Positions 14,001 to 28,782 of a stretch of 64,000 nt of DNA are shown piece by piece; the first letter of the stretch is position 1; each line of letters opens with the position of its first letter. The position numbers and the translations under genes are program-made. The stretch spans positions 7,616,213 through 7,680,212 of the forward strand of contig OZ234493.1 of the NCBI GenBank assembly GCA_965153455.1. The letters run 5' to 3'. This stretch comes from Sphagnum compactum (lineage: Eukaryota). The notes under the pieces are model-generated. The model ran no database searches, was not told the DNA's origin, and saw only the letters and a program-made list of their open reading frames with translations.

Positions 14001-16512
14001 CACACACCTAGTGTGCTATGCTTAACTTCCTTCCACAAATCCAGTCTACAACAGCACTTGAGCTACTTTGCAAGATAACCAAACCACTAAGCATAGAGTG
14101 TGGAATGACAGCAATTTTTGCTAATGTGCCTCTCTCTCTCTCTCTCTCTCTCTCTGTGTTTCTTTATATGACTCAAGTACAGACAACCTGCAGAGGTGTG
14201 CCCACTGTCACAGGTAGCCAAACTTATTGTAAGTCATATAAAGATCACATTACCTACAGCACCCATGTTGACCAAGGGAAAAACCAAAACCATGAACAAA
14301 ATGCACAGAAGAAGACTCATTGGCATATAATGGGATAGGTCAGACAGGCAGAAGATCTGAGGGTGGAAACATTATAAAAAACCAAGGTACTAGAGTGTGC
14401 AATTAATGGTGCAGCTAGAATGTGCAACCAACCCCCTTTCTTTGCCTGGGTAGAACAACACTGTAACAAGTGTAGGTAGTACTTTTTTCTTTTTGCATTG
14501 GAGAAAAAGTTTGTGCTTTGGAGAGTGGGGTTGGTTTGTTGTCAACTACTACCAGTCCACTATGTTGGCACCTCTGAGCAGAGTCTGCAGTTTCTTGAAT
14601 GCAAAACTCTGACCTTCTTCTAGATAGGTATAAAGTACCTGAACTAGAAAGCCATGATTTTGTCCTCATGAGGAGGGAGGGTGGCTGGGGAGGTTATTGG
14701 GGATGGATGGATGGGATGGATCAAGGGAGTGAGTTATATACCAAAGTGAGTTTCCCCGAGTTTATATCAAAGTTTCTAGACTTTATATCGTCAAAGTTTC
14801 CAGAGTCTGTCTTTTTAGATCTGAAAGAGTTTCACCCTTGGCAGACTAATAAATAACAGAAGAAGAAAAAGCTTGCAGTCAAGACTTGAGTGTGAAGATG
14901 ATGATGTTGGTAGGGCCTTCCTTCTTCTGTGCACAGCTTAGAAAGTCCCTCCAGACAAGTAAGTAGTCGGAAAGGACATTCACTAAGAGCCAAGAGGACC
15001 CTTTGACGTTTGCAAGCCATCTGAGAGTTGGTATCTTTAAGCCAAACCGAGCACAATAATGTAGGTACGAACTACTACTACTACTACTACTATGAACTCC
15101 ACTCCCACCCATTTCTTCTTTCTTTTGCTGCGGTCTAAGTTTGTTTCCACCATGAATTTAAGTTTGTTTCCACCATGAATTTTAAGCTCTTTGGCCTTGG
15201 CCCCCCCCCTCCCCCCTTCCCCCCTTCTTGCCTTTGCCTGATAATAACACAACAAGATCAGAAGCCAATCGTGCTACATAATTTTATGCCAGCCTATGCC
15301 ACAATTATGGTGACCTGAATCCTCGATACCCAATGACCAGAAACGGCTCACCAGTGATTTTTTTTGTTCCGACAAATTTTGTCGTTTTTTGACTCCCTAA
15401 AAAAACAGAATTGGAAAATTTTGAAAACTTGGAGATTTTTTTGGGGGGGGGGGGGGGGGGGGGAAAATCTAGTGAAAATTTGAGTGATATTTCTAAAATT
15501 TTGGGAATTTTTTTTCCTCAAATTTTCAATATTACAAAATTGGGGAGGGGAAAAAAAAAAAAAAAAACCCTTAGTCGTCACGTGATAGCAAAGAGTTAGC
15601 AATGGTCGGAGTGTACATACAAGTTAGGTGAATAGGTAGTACCCACCCTCTTAGGAAGGGGAATTTACTACTTATTATTATTATTAACCCAGGCCCAAAA
15701 TTATTATTGTGACCAAAATTTTTTAGGAATCCAAAATTTCACATTGCCAACCAATGAGATGGCTAAACATGCATGCACAACACCCATGATTAAGGTCTGA
15801 AAGAAGCAAAGAGAACTCCCATATATATTTTACATTTCCATAATTTCCCATCCACCCAAAAAGGCCATTTGTTTCTCGAGGTGTACCAAATAGACAAAAA
15901 AATTCAAATCCATGATTGAAAGAAAGAAAGAAATAGTTTCTTTCAAAAAAAGAAAAAAAGTATTTAAATTATTATTTTTAAAAACCAAGCAAATTCTGTT
16001 GCAGAAAGCCTTCCAATTTGCACCAAAAATTGGCATAAAATTTCAGAACCATGATTGAAAAAAAAAAATAAAAAAAAATAAATTGAATTCTTTCAAAAAA
16101 ACAAGTTTTTATTTATTAAAAAAAAAACAAGGAAATTCTGTTGCAGAAACCCATTTCCAATCTGCACCTAAATTTGGCAATCTCCACAACAACAATGGTA
16201 CTACCACTAGGCTGCTACTACTACTACTACTACTACTAGTGGTAGTATCTAGAGAAGAGAATTGAGAGCTGAAGTAGTTGTTAATGAAATTTAATAAGAA
16301 GTTGTAGTAGTACTCAAACCACAAATGTCAATGCTTGTCAGTCACTCCCCTCCCACTTTACTTACTATGAATGTGGTTGTCCCCATAGATTTGCAGATGC
16401 ACATATATACAGTGGTCTAATCTTTGTCAGGTCCTTTCTTTCTTTCTTTCTTGCTTTCAACAACAACAAAGTTTGCCAACTTTTTCTTCCATAGACACAC
16501 CAGACACACTCT

Positions 16513-16603
16513 GCTGCTTGCTTTGCTGCTTGCTTGCTTGCTTTGCTTTGCTTTGCTGCTTGCTTGCTTGCTTGCTTTGCTTTGCTTTGCTTTGCTTGCT
16601 GCT
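16513..16603. repeat. Compound (GCTT)n/(GCTTT)n microsatellite
   Basis: Read directly from the sequence. Confidence 0.85.
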
Positions 16604-18694
16604 AGTCTATAATGAGGAGGAGGCTGTGCATTGGAACTCAAAAAACACGCCAATTCTCTCTCTCTAACACTGAACTTTATCGAGGTCTGGACCAAACTTG
16701 GCCTCCTCTATTGATGATGACCAGCAAAGCACACACCCTACTACTACTACTACTACTACTACTACACTGGTTGGTACCATGGTTAAAAATCCATCCATCC
16801 ATCCATCCATCATGAGTGTTGTGTGGGTTTTTTTTAAAAAAAAAAAAAAACAAACCATCGGGTGGTTTCCAATATTTTTAATATTTCAGAATCAGAGAAT
16901 CATTCATTGTTTTCCAGTTCTTTTGAAAAAAATGGGAATCAAAGAGTTGTCGGGGTCACCACAGTTGGTTATTTCAAAAACCATGATGAGGAACCTCGAG
17001 TGGTCTTCATGACCGAATCAATAAAGGATCAACCCACGGTTTTATGGTCGGTTGTTTGATTGTTTCCATTTCTTTGAGAACCATGGTTATGTGCCCAGAA
17101 CTGGGTCTTTGATTTTTTGGAAAGATAATTATGAATCCTATGAATTTCCCTTGATAACTATTAGGGTTTGTTCCTTATCAGTTATGAGAGTGAGCACTCA
17201 GATTCAATTGTTAGAATCGGAGGTTTTGGATCTAGATTCAAGAACCTAACTTATTGGATTCAAGTATTAAGAACTCAATGGAGGATCCTTACCCATGAAC
17301 TACTAGTCACAATAGAACTAGGGTAGAACTGGAACCTTCTACCCACTTGTTTTTGTTGGAGGGAACTCCTCTCCCCTCCCCCCAAGGATCTCACCGAGTT
17401 TCAATGTTTTAGATGGGTATATGTATTAGGTTTTAGGTTTTTTTTATAAATGTATTAGGATTTAAGATTTTTCTTTTTTTTCATCTTCTTATGGCTTTCA
17501 TCTTGAGCACCTTGTTCTTTTTGTAGCTTTGAGTTAATGCTTTACAATAGGCCTTTCACTTTCAAGTTTTTGCGTTTGTGCTTTGTAGTAACTCTTTTGC
17601 ATTTAGACTTTGCGACAACCCTTTTACTCTAAAGCTTATGATTATGTCCTAAATCAACACTTAGTCGTGCTAATCATTATTGGTTCCATCATGCTTGCAT
17701 TCACAAGTTTTTGTCGTCTTCTCGCAAGAATGTTGGCAATTTGGTTGTCATCACACTTGCATTTATCATGGTTGTGATTACTAGTTATGGTTTGGTTACA
17801 TCACACTTGCACTTCAAAACTTCATTGAGGAAAGACTTCTATATGGATGCTTTGGTTTTTGTTATTTGTTTTTGTTCTTTTGCAAGTTCTTTTTTTGCTT
17901 GTAAGAGTTGCAGTTTGGCTACAAGTTGTTATTTCATTGTGTCATCATTTTGTTGAGCTCAAGTTATGCTCACATTTCATCATGCTTGTGTTGTGCCTGC
18001 ATTTTTCATGCCTATGCTACACCTACATTTCATTGTGCTTGGGTTGTGCCTACATTTCATAGATTTGAAGTAAATGTATTCCTTGTTTTTTTGTTTTTGT
18101 TATTTGCTTTAGGTTTTTGTGATTGTGTGAATCCTTGCAAAGTATTGCACGAAATTGCTTTGATTAACATGTTCAAATTTATGATGAAATGAACTTGATA
18201 GAACATAGAACCCAAACTTAACCTCACGTTAAACCTATCCACAATAGGTTTCCAATTTCCAACTTGATCACATGCCAAACCCATGCTCACTAGGTTTCCA
18301 ATTTCTACTATATAGAACCCAAACCCATGTTCACTAGGATTTGTGTTATGTGAACCTTATATTTTCATGTTTGTTTTTGGTGCTTTATGCATGCAATTGA
18401 TAGCATGGCATCAAGAAGTGCAACAATTATTATAGAATAGGCATCACAAACTAACAATGTCACAAAATTTCAATAAAATCCATGCGAAAATTGTAAAAAA
18501 ATATGTTCGTACGAAATCCGTGGGCTTGAAAATGTGAAAATGGCATGAAAAATTAATATAGTAAAATAAAATTATATAACTTTTATATAAATGATGCGTC
18601 TTACCTACTTCATGATAACCCCTTGGTTTGGTGGGCATAACATGCACAACTATTTTCACATGTTTCCTTTTTGGTTCATTAAATGTTTAACATT

Positions 18695-18969
18695 GTAAGG
18701 TCACAAATTGAGATAGAATGAGTGAATCTTTAGTGCCAAGTTGGTGTCATCACAAACTTTTGATGGTCACAATTGGGGTTGAAAATTTTGATCGCCTCAT
18801 TTTTATGATAAAAAAATGGCTTAATGATGCTTGTGTTGATTGTGATGGGGAATATAAATCTAAAAATGTGATTTATTTTCTTACTTTGGAATCTTTTATG
18901 ATTGAAGAAAATAATAAATTCATTGAGGAACAAGGCCTCTTTGAAGAAGGCCTTGATTTAGACTTTTGA
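18695..18969 (+). mobile_element. hAT transposase C-terminal (dimerisation-domain) fragment
   Basis: With frameshifts it reads SQIEIE...IFS...GVITNF*WSQLGVENFDRLIFMIKKWLNDACVDC, paralleling the remnant at 62810-63020. Confidence 0.6.
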
Positions 18970-21397
18970 TTTTTTGCAATTAGTTTTTTGTTTTTATATC
19001 AAGTGCATTTTGTTTTTGTAAATGTGTATTGATGGTGGGTTTTTTTTGTAATTAAGGTAGATGTGCATTTGAATTATTGGTGGTGCAAATTGAACAATCA
19101 ACCCCAAGGTATTTGTGTTGAAAGTTTTTTGCAATAATCCAATGATGAAATGGGCATGATTATAAAGAACCTTGACGTTATTCAATCTTTAGACACAAGG
19201 GTAATTGTGTGTGTTTTGTTTTCTACCATGTGCTTTCTCTTGAGGTTAGTTAGATTATCTTGTCCATGTCTTATCATTTTCAAATTATTTGTTGAAATTT
19301 GTTGCTTCTAATTTTGTGACTTGCAAATCATTGATAGTAATTTTGTGTGTGTTAGTTGTCATTTTGCTTTGTGCATTGATCAAGGTAAGTTTGTGTGATG
19401 TTTGGGGTTGAGGATTATATCATGTGCACATTTGCAATAAGTTGATTTTTTTGATTTTGCCATTGTTGGCAAGCTTTCTATTTTTTGTAGAATTTTATAT
19501 TTTCCTAGTTAGTCAATTTGTATTTTTTATTTGCCGTATACATGCAAGTTTAAGTTTTTGAAAATTTGAATTCTTCCATTTTGCCATTTGTAAATTTGAA
19601 TTAAAAAAAATTCTATTATCTGCTAGTTGTTAATTTTGTCTACTACAAGTTAATTGTCAAATCTATGTATTTGTCTATTGTAGGTTAGCCTAAAATTAGT
19701 TCAATCTTTATATTGGGTGTTTGTCATTTTTTTTGAATCTTGAATTTGTGTTTTGGGTCTTTGTTGTTTTTTTCTAAGTCTTGAGTTGTTGTTTTGTGTC
19801 TTCATTTTTTTGGTTCCTTTGTAAGTATGTTTTTTGAGTTTGTTGTTTGTCCATGGTCCATTGTGCCCAAAAGCCCTTTCTAAAGAAATATTTTGCAAAG
19901 GTGAAGGTGGATTCAATTGATACAACCTTAGAAAAACGAATCTTCTCTAAGGATGATCATAAGATGTTCAGACTTTAATCAAGGCCTTGATCAATCATGT
20001 TTAGACTTTATTTTTGAAGAAGGCCTTACTTGAAAGAACATTCTAAGTTCCCATGCTTTAAAATTTCTTTGGTGAAGAATTTTGCATAACCTATGTTAGT
20101 TATGTTGCACCATGGCAAGCATTACAATACCCATTTCCAAGGTCTTTCACCATGGCCAAAAATGTTAATATTGTTAAATTGTGGGTACTTGGTTTTACCC
20201 TAGGACCTTACAATTACAAGAAATATTCTTACCTTGATAGATCTCCACCTCAATCTCCTTTAGACATAATATTAAAAAAACATGATATATATATATAGAT
20301 TTAATTAGAGTTTTTTTTGGTTCATTGCGTTCCCGGTGGCCATTCCCAATCAAAGAGTGACCACTAAGAATGTAGAAAACCAAAAAAAGCTCTTGAGGAA
20401 CTAGATCCACAAGGAACAAGAATTGGGAACCCGGATGGAGGACAAGATTAGATGAAGACCTTCATCCATCACAGTTGGGATGTAATCTCCCAATGTGGTT
20501 GTCATTTTGCTTAATGCCGGGGGTGTAAGACTAGAGTCCTTAACACCAAATGTGATTGGAGACAAATTGGAGCCCGAATTGAACCTTTCCTAGAGGTACG
20601 AGTGTAGATGCTAATTGGCTAAGCTATCAAAATGTACATCAATAATGTTGGCATTTTGTTATCCCCTTGCTTCCTAGAGTGTAGAGATGATGCCTATTTA
20701 GAACACAAAATTTTTCTTTCACATGGATTCAATGTGAGAAATTATTGCCCAATAGCAAAATGGTTTCTCACCTCCCGAATGTCAAAATATACACAAGCTA
20801 ATAATCAATAACCACTTTGCAAACAATAGAAAGGATGAAGGCATCACAAGTACTATCATCCCAACAATTTTCAGTTATCATTTACTTTCCCAATTAATTC
20901 TTCAATATTTTTTTTTGGCTAAGCTAAGGGCTACTAAGAGAGGTCAAAGAAAATGGGCCATTGAAACATCCAACCAAAAGAAACCCATCCCTTTACTTGT
21001 GGCTCTTGGAAGGAAAGGAGACGGATAGGAAGGGGGTGTGTGGAATGTAAGTAAAATAGGTGGTACTTTGTCAAATTGTCCTTCATAAGATCCAGTTAGT
21101 AAACCTCATTCCGAGCTCACTCAAAACCTACAATAATTCAACTTCCCCCAAACCTGACATACCGACGACCTATTTGTTACTCAATTTCCCCAATATTACC
21201 TCGGGCCCCTTCCCTCTCCCCCAAAAACACACACATACACACACACATTCAACCTGGTGTCTAATTTTTATTTATTTATTTATTATTATTATTATTTTTG
21301 GGCATAAATGGACTAAATGTTGAGGTTTGTTTAATGGGTTGAGCACCAAAGTTTTCCTCAACTCAATTCACATTTTACGGATGAAAACGATTCATGA

Positions 21398-21453
21398 ATT
21401 GGGTTGGGATTTATGAACTCAATTCTGTTTGAGTTCATAAATCCCAACCCAAT
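21398..21453. repeat. Perfect 25-bp inverted repeat with a 6-nt loop
   Basis: ATTGGGTTGGGATTTATGAACTCAA (21398-21422), loop TTCTGT, then TTGAGTTCATAAATCCCAACCCAAT (21429-21453). Confidence 0.95.
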
Positions 21454-22537
21454 GGCTACTACTACGTACCAAACAACACTTTAATGCCCAAATGTTTCAT
21501 ATTATATCTTCTCCTAAGATTTTCGATAAATACATGAAAATATAAGTTAATTTTTTAAATTTTATACTTGTTAATAAGTATACCATTGAAATATTGCTTA
21601 AATAATTTCCACAAAAAAGTTCAGAAATCTTTTTGCTCATAATTATTTAGTGTGGAACCTGCCTACTTACTATGTATGGTATTTATTCACAATGTGTACA
21701 TGCATGTGTATACATGTTACATACCCAATTATGGATATATATATATACTTTGATGCATCATTCGGCTTCACCATTAACTTCCACACCATAGCTCCATACA
21801 CTCTCAAATTGAGTCACTAGGCTACACCCCCTTCCTTACTCTATTGAGAGCTTTTCCGAAGATATCAAGAGCACGTCTTTGATGCACCTCACCTTTGTTT
21901 TCGCTTTGCTTTGTGTGGCTGGGTGGGTAGGTAGGTAAATTGGTAGGTAGGTAGGTAAGTGGGTCTCTCATTTTTCATAACTCACCTTCGTGGTCCTCTT
22001 CCTTGGGCTTTATTCTGCACTTATCCATCTCACTCTCTCTCTCTCTCTCTCTTTTCTTTTTTTTAGGGTTTTGGATTTGGTTACAAGAGAATCAAGTGAT
22101 CATGATAAAAGCTCCTAAAGTTTAAGAAGCTGCTTTGCTTTTTTCTCTTTTTTTTTTTTTTGCTTTCAAACACACAACCATCTTTTGCTCCTTTTATTAT
22201 GTCCATGGAACCACAAAGCACTTGTGGGTTAAGCTTTTGCTTTTTAGACTTCCTCTCAAGAAAGAAAAGAGAAGAAAATGGAGTGCAGATAATTGCCTTT
22301 TTTTCATTTTCTTCTTCTTCTCTTCTCTTCTCTTCTCTTTGGAATTCTTGCATTAAAAAAACTCATCAGGTGACTGTCCAGGTGCCTCTCTCTCCCCCTC
22401 TCTCTCTCTCTCTCTCTCTCTCTCCAGCTCTCTTTCCAGCTACATATTTGCCTTTCCACTTAAAACTAGAGAAAAATTCAACCAAGTGTTTTTTTTATAA
22501 TAAAGAGAACCTTCTTCTTTCTCTCCCCCCCCTTTTA

Positions 22538-22574
<37 letters not shown>

Positions 22575-23749
22575 TTGGTGTGGAGTGGGGCCTTCTTGGG
22601 TGAACTAGTCACCCATGTGGGTACTATGGTCAAAATTCCAAAATAATAATTTACGAATACCTAATTCATTAATTAAATCTTTGTAACACGCCGAATTTTT
22701 TTGGGATAAATAACCCAAATTCCAAAATTCCATTGAAATTATTTTTGAAATATTAAAAAATAATAATCCCATTCTTAGACACAATGATAATTAGGAGTTT
22801 CTAAGTTCAAATCTAACATTTTTGGGGGCTTAATATGGCCTCGAAGACACCTCGCTATTATTATTAAAATAAATTAAAAAAAAGGGTGAAGGTACCGAGT
22901 ACCAATGTGGGTGGGTGGGTGCCGCTCGTTGTTCACCACCTTGGCCGGCCGTGGAGTGGAAGGAATTCAAATTCGAGGGCCCATTGCCGACTGATGTAAA
23001 AACCTGACAAACTTTATTGCAAAGGAGAGAATCAGGTCTCACAAAAGTACGGAGAATTTGAGAAGGAAGGAAGGAAAAGAATGGAAAAATATTGGAGTAT
23101 ATTATTATTATTATTATTATTTTAAAACCTAAACTAACACAATGCACATGAGTATTTTTTTTGGATTTAAAAAATTGTGGGTGGTTTCAACATAAATTAA
23201 AAATTCCAAAAAAATTGCCAATTTTTTTTGAAAAATCATCAGCCCTCTTGTCAAAAATTCCCAAAAGTTTAGATTTCATCTATCAAACATGAAGGCAAAT
23301 TTTGAAAAAAAATAATGTCACACAAAACTACATGTTGCCTCTAAATACGGTTCCATAAGTATTCAACCCTTAAACAACACACTCCCACCACTCTCAGTTT
23401 TAGGAAATTTCACACTCCACAAATTTGAATGCTCTTCTTCATTCATCCTACACTCTTGAAACGACCCCTTACCACTTCAAATTTCATAAAATTCCATGCA
23501 TTAAACTATTTGAATACATACGTCAAGTGTTTAGTACCACCCAAACACCACACAACTAAAAGATTGTTCATACAACGTTTAGTGTCTTTCATGGAAGAAT
23601 GGTAAAGCCTCAAAGTTCAAGTAAAATTTTGTTGCACAAGCCCTTTGATGGCATGATTATTAATTCTTTGATACATACATGTTTGTGTCAAAGTGAAAAG
23701 CCATCTTGAAGTTGTAATTTTCAATGATCTTGAAGCTCTCTTCATTATA

Positions 23750-25000
23750 TCTTCATTTTCACATGTCCTTATGTCATGTCCTTTTATGGGATACCAAAAT
23801 CAAATTAAATCTTAGATTTTCAAACTTGCACATATTCTGAACCTAGCTTGCGAATCTCCAAGCCTTTAAACAAACTTGAGTTACAATAGCTACAAAGAGA
23901 GAAAGGAAATTGAATGAAGCATTAAGATTCTTTTTCTCATTTTAACACCTTCAAATTTTTGATTCTTGTTCCAAATATGTTTTAATCTCAATATGACGTT
24001 TGCCATGTTTGTAAGAACAATACAAGCAACTCTAAGATTATTGGATCATTTTTTTCCCAAAATCAATCTTTGATTATTATTATTTTGTAACCCTCATCAA
24101 GTCATCAACAACATCGTTGTCTAGTATAATGTGTTCAACAATTTCTTCCTTTAATTGCAAGCTCAATGTAATTTTTCTTTTCAATACATCATTGAATAAC
24201 CAATGCCTATGAGATTCATTTAAGACATAAGCTAATTGAATAAGAGAAAGGATGTCCATAATCAATTGAAACACATTCTAATAAGGAAACTCTGATTTGA
24301 TGACTATAGCATAGCTCAATTGTTTCTTGATATATCAATGTGTTTTGAAATAAGTGATTCTTTTTAGCAAACATATGAAATGAGCACAAACATTTCATGA
24401 ATATTGTTGCAAAGAAAAAGTTGAGTTGATATTAAACAACAAAATGTGAATGAAATATGAAGTTGAGCACTTGACATTTGACTTTGTTTTTATTAGAATA
24501 TTGAAGGTTCTAATGCCGTAGAACAAAATAAATACAATACTTATCCCTTTCATGCCTTGTTTTGCCATATTCATTGGGCTAGGTATTTATATATCTCAAG
24601 ATGTCATCTTTCAAATATTTTCATGTTTAGATTTCAACTAAAATTTGAGGTTTCACTTCCAATCTATTATTTATTAATAGGCTTCAAACAATCCACATGA
24701 AACATGTCTAGTGTGACAATTGACATTGATAAAGTTCACAACAAGCACAACTATGTCATGGGCTCCTTTTAACATCCAAAGGTAAAAAATGGTTGTGGAT
24801 AAACATTCTAGGTGTCACAAACAATACCTTGGACTTTCCTTCTAGTTGAAGCAACACTTATTTTGTGAGAACTCTTTTGGACAGAAAAAAGATTTGTAGA
24901 CATGGATGTAAGCCAATTTTTATGTTTGGTAAAATTCTTTTGGTGAATCGTGATCCTTGATGTTGTTAAATATATAAAACCAAAGAAGAAAAAAATGGTG
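23750..25000 (-). mobile_element. Highly decayed hAT transposase remnant
   Basis: Minus-strand fragments LWMLKGAHDIVVLVVNFINVNCHTRHVSCGLFEA (~24780-24680), resembling the hAT D-x-W catalytic region, and FQNTLIYQETIELCY (~24350-24305). Boundaries approximate. Confidence 0.6.
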
Positions 25001-28000
25001 CTTCAAATGATTCTTGGCCTAGTTTTTGTATGTCATTTTTAGAAAGCTTTCTAGGGTTTTTTTATTTTTTCCTTGTTTCTTTTGTAATAAATTTTAGAAT
25101 TTTTTGTGGTAACTTGTTCTCTAATGGTTATAATGCAATTAAGTTTCAAACAAAAAAATTAGATTGTACCATTTAAAATATTTGTTTTTCAAATATTGGA
25201 AACCTCCCAACCTTGCACTCTCCTACTTGCTTAATTAAATTGACAAATTTTTACAAGTTGCACATGATTGTGGAAGAAACCTTTGGAGGGTATATAAAAC
25301 ATGTTCACAATTCAAAATTGTAAACAACCTAAACTTAAATGAAAAGAATGTGATGTTACACACTTTATAGTACATGAGAAACTTGAAGTTTCAAAAATTG
25401 TCAATTTTTAAAAATACTTGATAGGTATTTGTGTTCATAAGAAAGGGTGAGAAATAATTCAAGCCAAAAATAGTGAAAAAATATGATTTTTATGTGTTAT
25501 GTCTTCGAACTTCAACCATTTGAATATTAAAAGTAACTTTCACAATGTTTTTGCATATTACAGTAATCCAAAACTTAAAGAAATCCATTGGTGAGCCAAA
25601 TCATGGTAAAATGTATAAAAACATAATCTACTCAAAATCTAAATTAAAACTAAAATAATTTTGTACATAAGTTCACGAGAAAGTATATTCAAAGCTTTTA
25701 TAAGTAGATATTTATAAAATCATTGGGCTTCCATTGAGTTTGTGATATTAAGTTGAATATATCATTTGAAAAACTTTAGTGTAATAAAAATAGATAACAA
25801 GTAGCTTTGAAATTGATTGGTCAATATATGTTTAAAATTACTTTTATATTAGAAGTTAACTATATTATGAAAAATAATATGCATAATCAAAAAATTAAAA
25901 AAATATTTTTTAAACCCTCATTAATTTAATTTTTTTTAAAAATCAATATTTCATCTACTTGCAACCACTTTATCAGAGCTAGACATTTACACAAGTATAT
26001 GCATTTTAAACAATTCTACTTAATGTGTATTAAATATGTGAATTTTCAATTTTAATATAATAAAAACTAAGATTATTTTCATATTAATCATTGAATCAAG
26101 TATATATTTTGCTTTCAATACATCAATGTTTATTATGGTAAATTTTTTTTTGTGATAAGTAACAAAGATTGTTTACTTTACCATGCAAAGGCTTGGTGAA
26201 TTACAATTTTATGATTTTTTTGGTGGGATGTTGATGTTAAAATATGTTCAGATTATAATGCTTTTAAAGTATATTAAACATTGAAAAATCATAATATATT
26301 CCAAAAAATAATTAACAATTTTGCTGAAATTTTTGGTATTTATTGAACCATATTATTCCATATGATTGAACCATGTAATAAGTTTGACAAATTATATATA
26401 CATTGCTAATAAATAAACATGGACATTCTTAATTGCTTAACCATAAGTGTGTAATACATTGAATATTTTAACAACCACATTCACATGGTAGGAAACAAAA
26501 GTAGTGAGGTGAACATCATTAGATTACCTTTTCCAAATGCTTATTTTGGACAATTAATGAAACAAAATCCTAGTGTAATTTGAAATGATTTAAAAAATAT
26601 ATTATATATACCATGAATTTACATAGAAATGGCATGGTTTTTAAATTTAAGTTATTCATTTGAATTTTGCAATGAAAATAAAATTATTATAGCTTTTTGA
26701 AAATTGAAATTATAAAGTTCAAATACCAATAATAAAACCCAAATTTAAAGGCATTAAATTTTGAATCAATGTACTGGGTGTTTCCATGGTACAGTGTACA
26801 CAAAAAGGAATCATTGTTTAACAATTTTCATTGCAACACATTTTTATGTGCCTTTTTAAATATTTGAAAAAGATTTTGTAATAAAACTATGCAATTAAAG
26901 GTGGATAACATCCTAAACTCTCATTTGAACAATGCAATGGTTGATTGGAATACATTTCTAACTTGCAAAAACTTGTCACAAAAACAAAACAACCAGAAAA
27001 TACTAGCTTTAATAAGAATTTGTTCATAAAAATTTTCAAGTACAAAGAAGCAACCATAATGAACAATCTTTTCCATGAAAACTTTCAATTTGTTTTAACT
27101 ACATGATTTTCATATTAAATGATAAATTAATGTTTAGTAGTGTATTATGTTAGGATAATGTTGATGATTATAATCTTTTCAAGCTATAAAATGTTCTTCC
27201 ATTAAAAATATAATTGGTTCAAATGTTGTTTTTATCATTCTACAAAGGAAATGTGAAAATTCAAAATTAATGAAAAATGAAAAATTGCTATTAAACAAGG
27301 TGATTTAAATATTTTTAATGAAAATTATTGGTGTACAATTATATAAAGACAAAAACATATGAATCAATTTCATATTCATGGTTTATATAACTTGTCTTTT
27401 TGTTAAAGCTCGAATTAATTATATGTGATTTAATTTTTTTTCAAAATAAGTGAAATTTTATGCGTGAGTACTTTTGATATTATATGTAATTCCAATTTTG
27501 ACACAAAGTGTATACACATAACATGGAAATATTTTATTATATATATTATAATATTGAAACAATTTTTTCTCACACCTTGTAGTGCAATTTAAGCCTTAAA
27601 TGGTTCACTTTCACCAATTGACCAAATTTTAAGATAAGCGATTGTATGTTTATTTCTAATAATCACCCCACATTGATTAGGATATTAATACATTTGACAC
27701 TTATATAATTCAATCATTTATATTTCTTTGCAATAACCTTTACAAAGTTTATACTTTTAAGGCGATGTCCAAATTCTTGATTGTGTGCAATCATTATATG
27801 TTCTTTACATTGGCATTCATTAAAAAATTGGATTAGTGTTGGTAGGTCTTGTTGATCACGAAAACACCATTTGTGAGGTTTGATCTCGTAACCTCTAGGA
27901 TCGAGGCAACTAAGTTTTAGGGTTTTTAGATAGGAGGTCTTGAGTTTGTTTGCAACCATCACTGGAACCTAATTGGATAAATACTTTGGTTTAATTGTAG

Positions 28001-28565
28001 GCTGTAGCATGTATAATTGCAATTTGGGTTGAAATATGAAAATAAACTTCAACATTACGTTGTGAACAACCTACAATTCATAATGCCATAATCACCATAC
28101 ACATAAAAGCCCAATTCCAAACGAGGGGATAATATTAAATTACAATGACCTAAAGTTGTAATCCAAATGCGAGCTCATTTTGTCTAACTCTTTCCATGCA
28201 AATTCACAAATTCGTTAATTTGTTTTATTCCTTCCATGGCATTGGTGATGAAGAATACAATCCCCCTCTCCTTCACCATGCCCCCCCCCCCCCCCCCCCC
28301 CTTCCCCGCACCCAAAAAACCTCCAATGTCTTTCATTCACATGCATGTTCATATGAATGCCAAAGTCTTGGACTTTCCCATGCAAATTGACAAACATATT
28401 GTCATCAATTCATGTGATAACCAAGAATATATAGCCCACTCTACAAAGGGAGAATGTGATGATAAAAAAGGAGAAAAAGCCCACCCCCACAAAAAGGAAG
28501 AATATGATGATGAAAAGAATAAAGCCCAACCCCAAGAGTGAGCAAAATACTTTTACTAGCAACCA

Positions 28566-28782
28566 TCCAAGTGCCCTCCAATTACACTAAAAGAAATCGA
28601 AACAAGTTGTTATTATGTTCCAAGTGCCCTCCAATTACACTAAAAGAAATCAAAACAAGTTGTTGTTATGTTCCAAGTGCCCTCCAATTACACTAAAAGA
28701 AATCGAAACAAGTTGTTATTATGTTCCAAGTGCCCTCCAATTACACTAAAAGAAATCGAAACAAGTTGTTATTATGTTCCAA
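28566..28782. repeat. 53-bp tandem repeat, 4 near-identical copies
   Basis: TCCAAGTGCCCTCCAATTACACTAAAAGAAATCGAAACAAGTTGTTATTATGT starting at 28566, 28619, 28672 and 28725. Confidence 0.95.

Noticed and set aside
16083..17012. Leu/Thr/Ser/Lys-rich short ORFs (also 22081-22603 and 29308-29597)
   Set aside because: They are translations of microsatellites (CTA, GCTT, CT, GGT/TGT).
17178..17197. miR156-like GAGAGTGAGCAC
   Set aside because: Only the 3' 12 nt match; the 5' TGACAGAA and a complementary star arm are absent.
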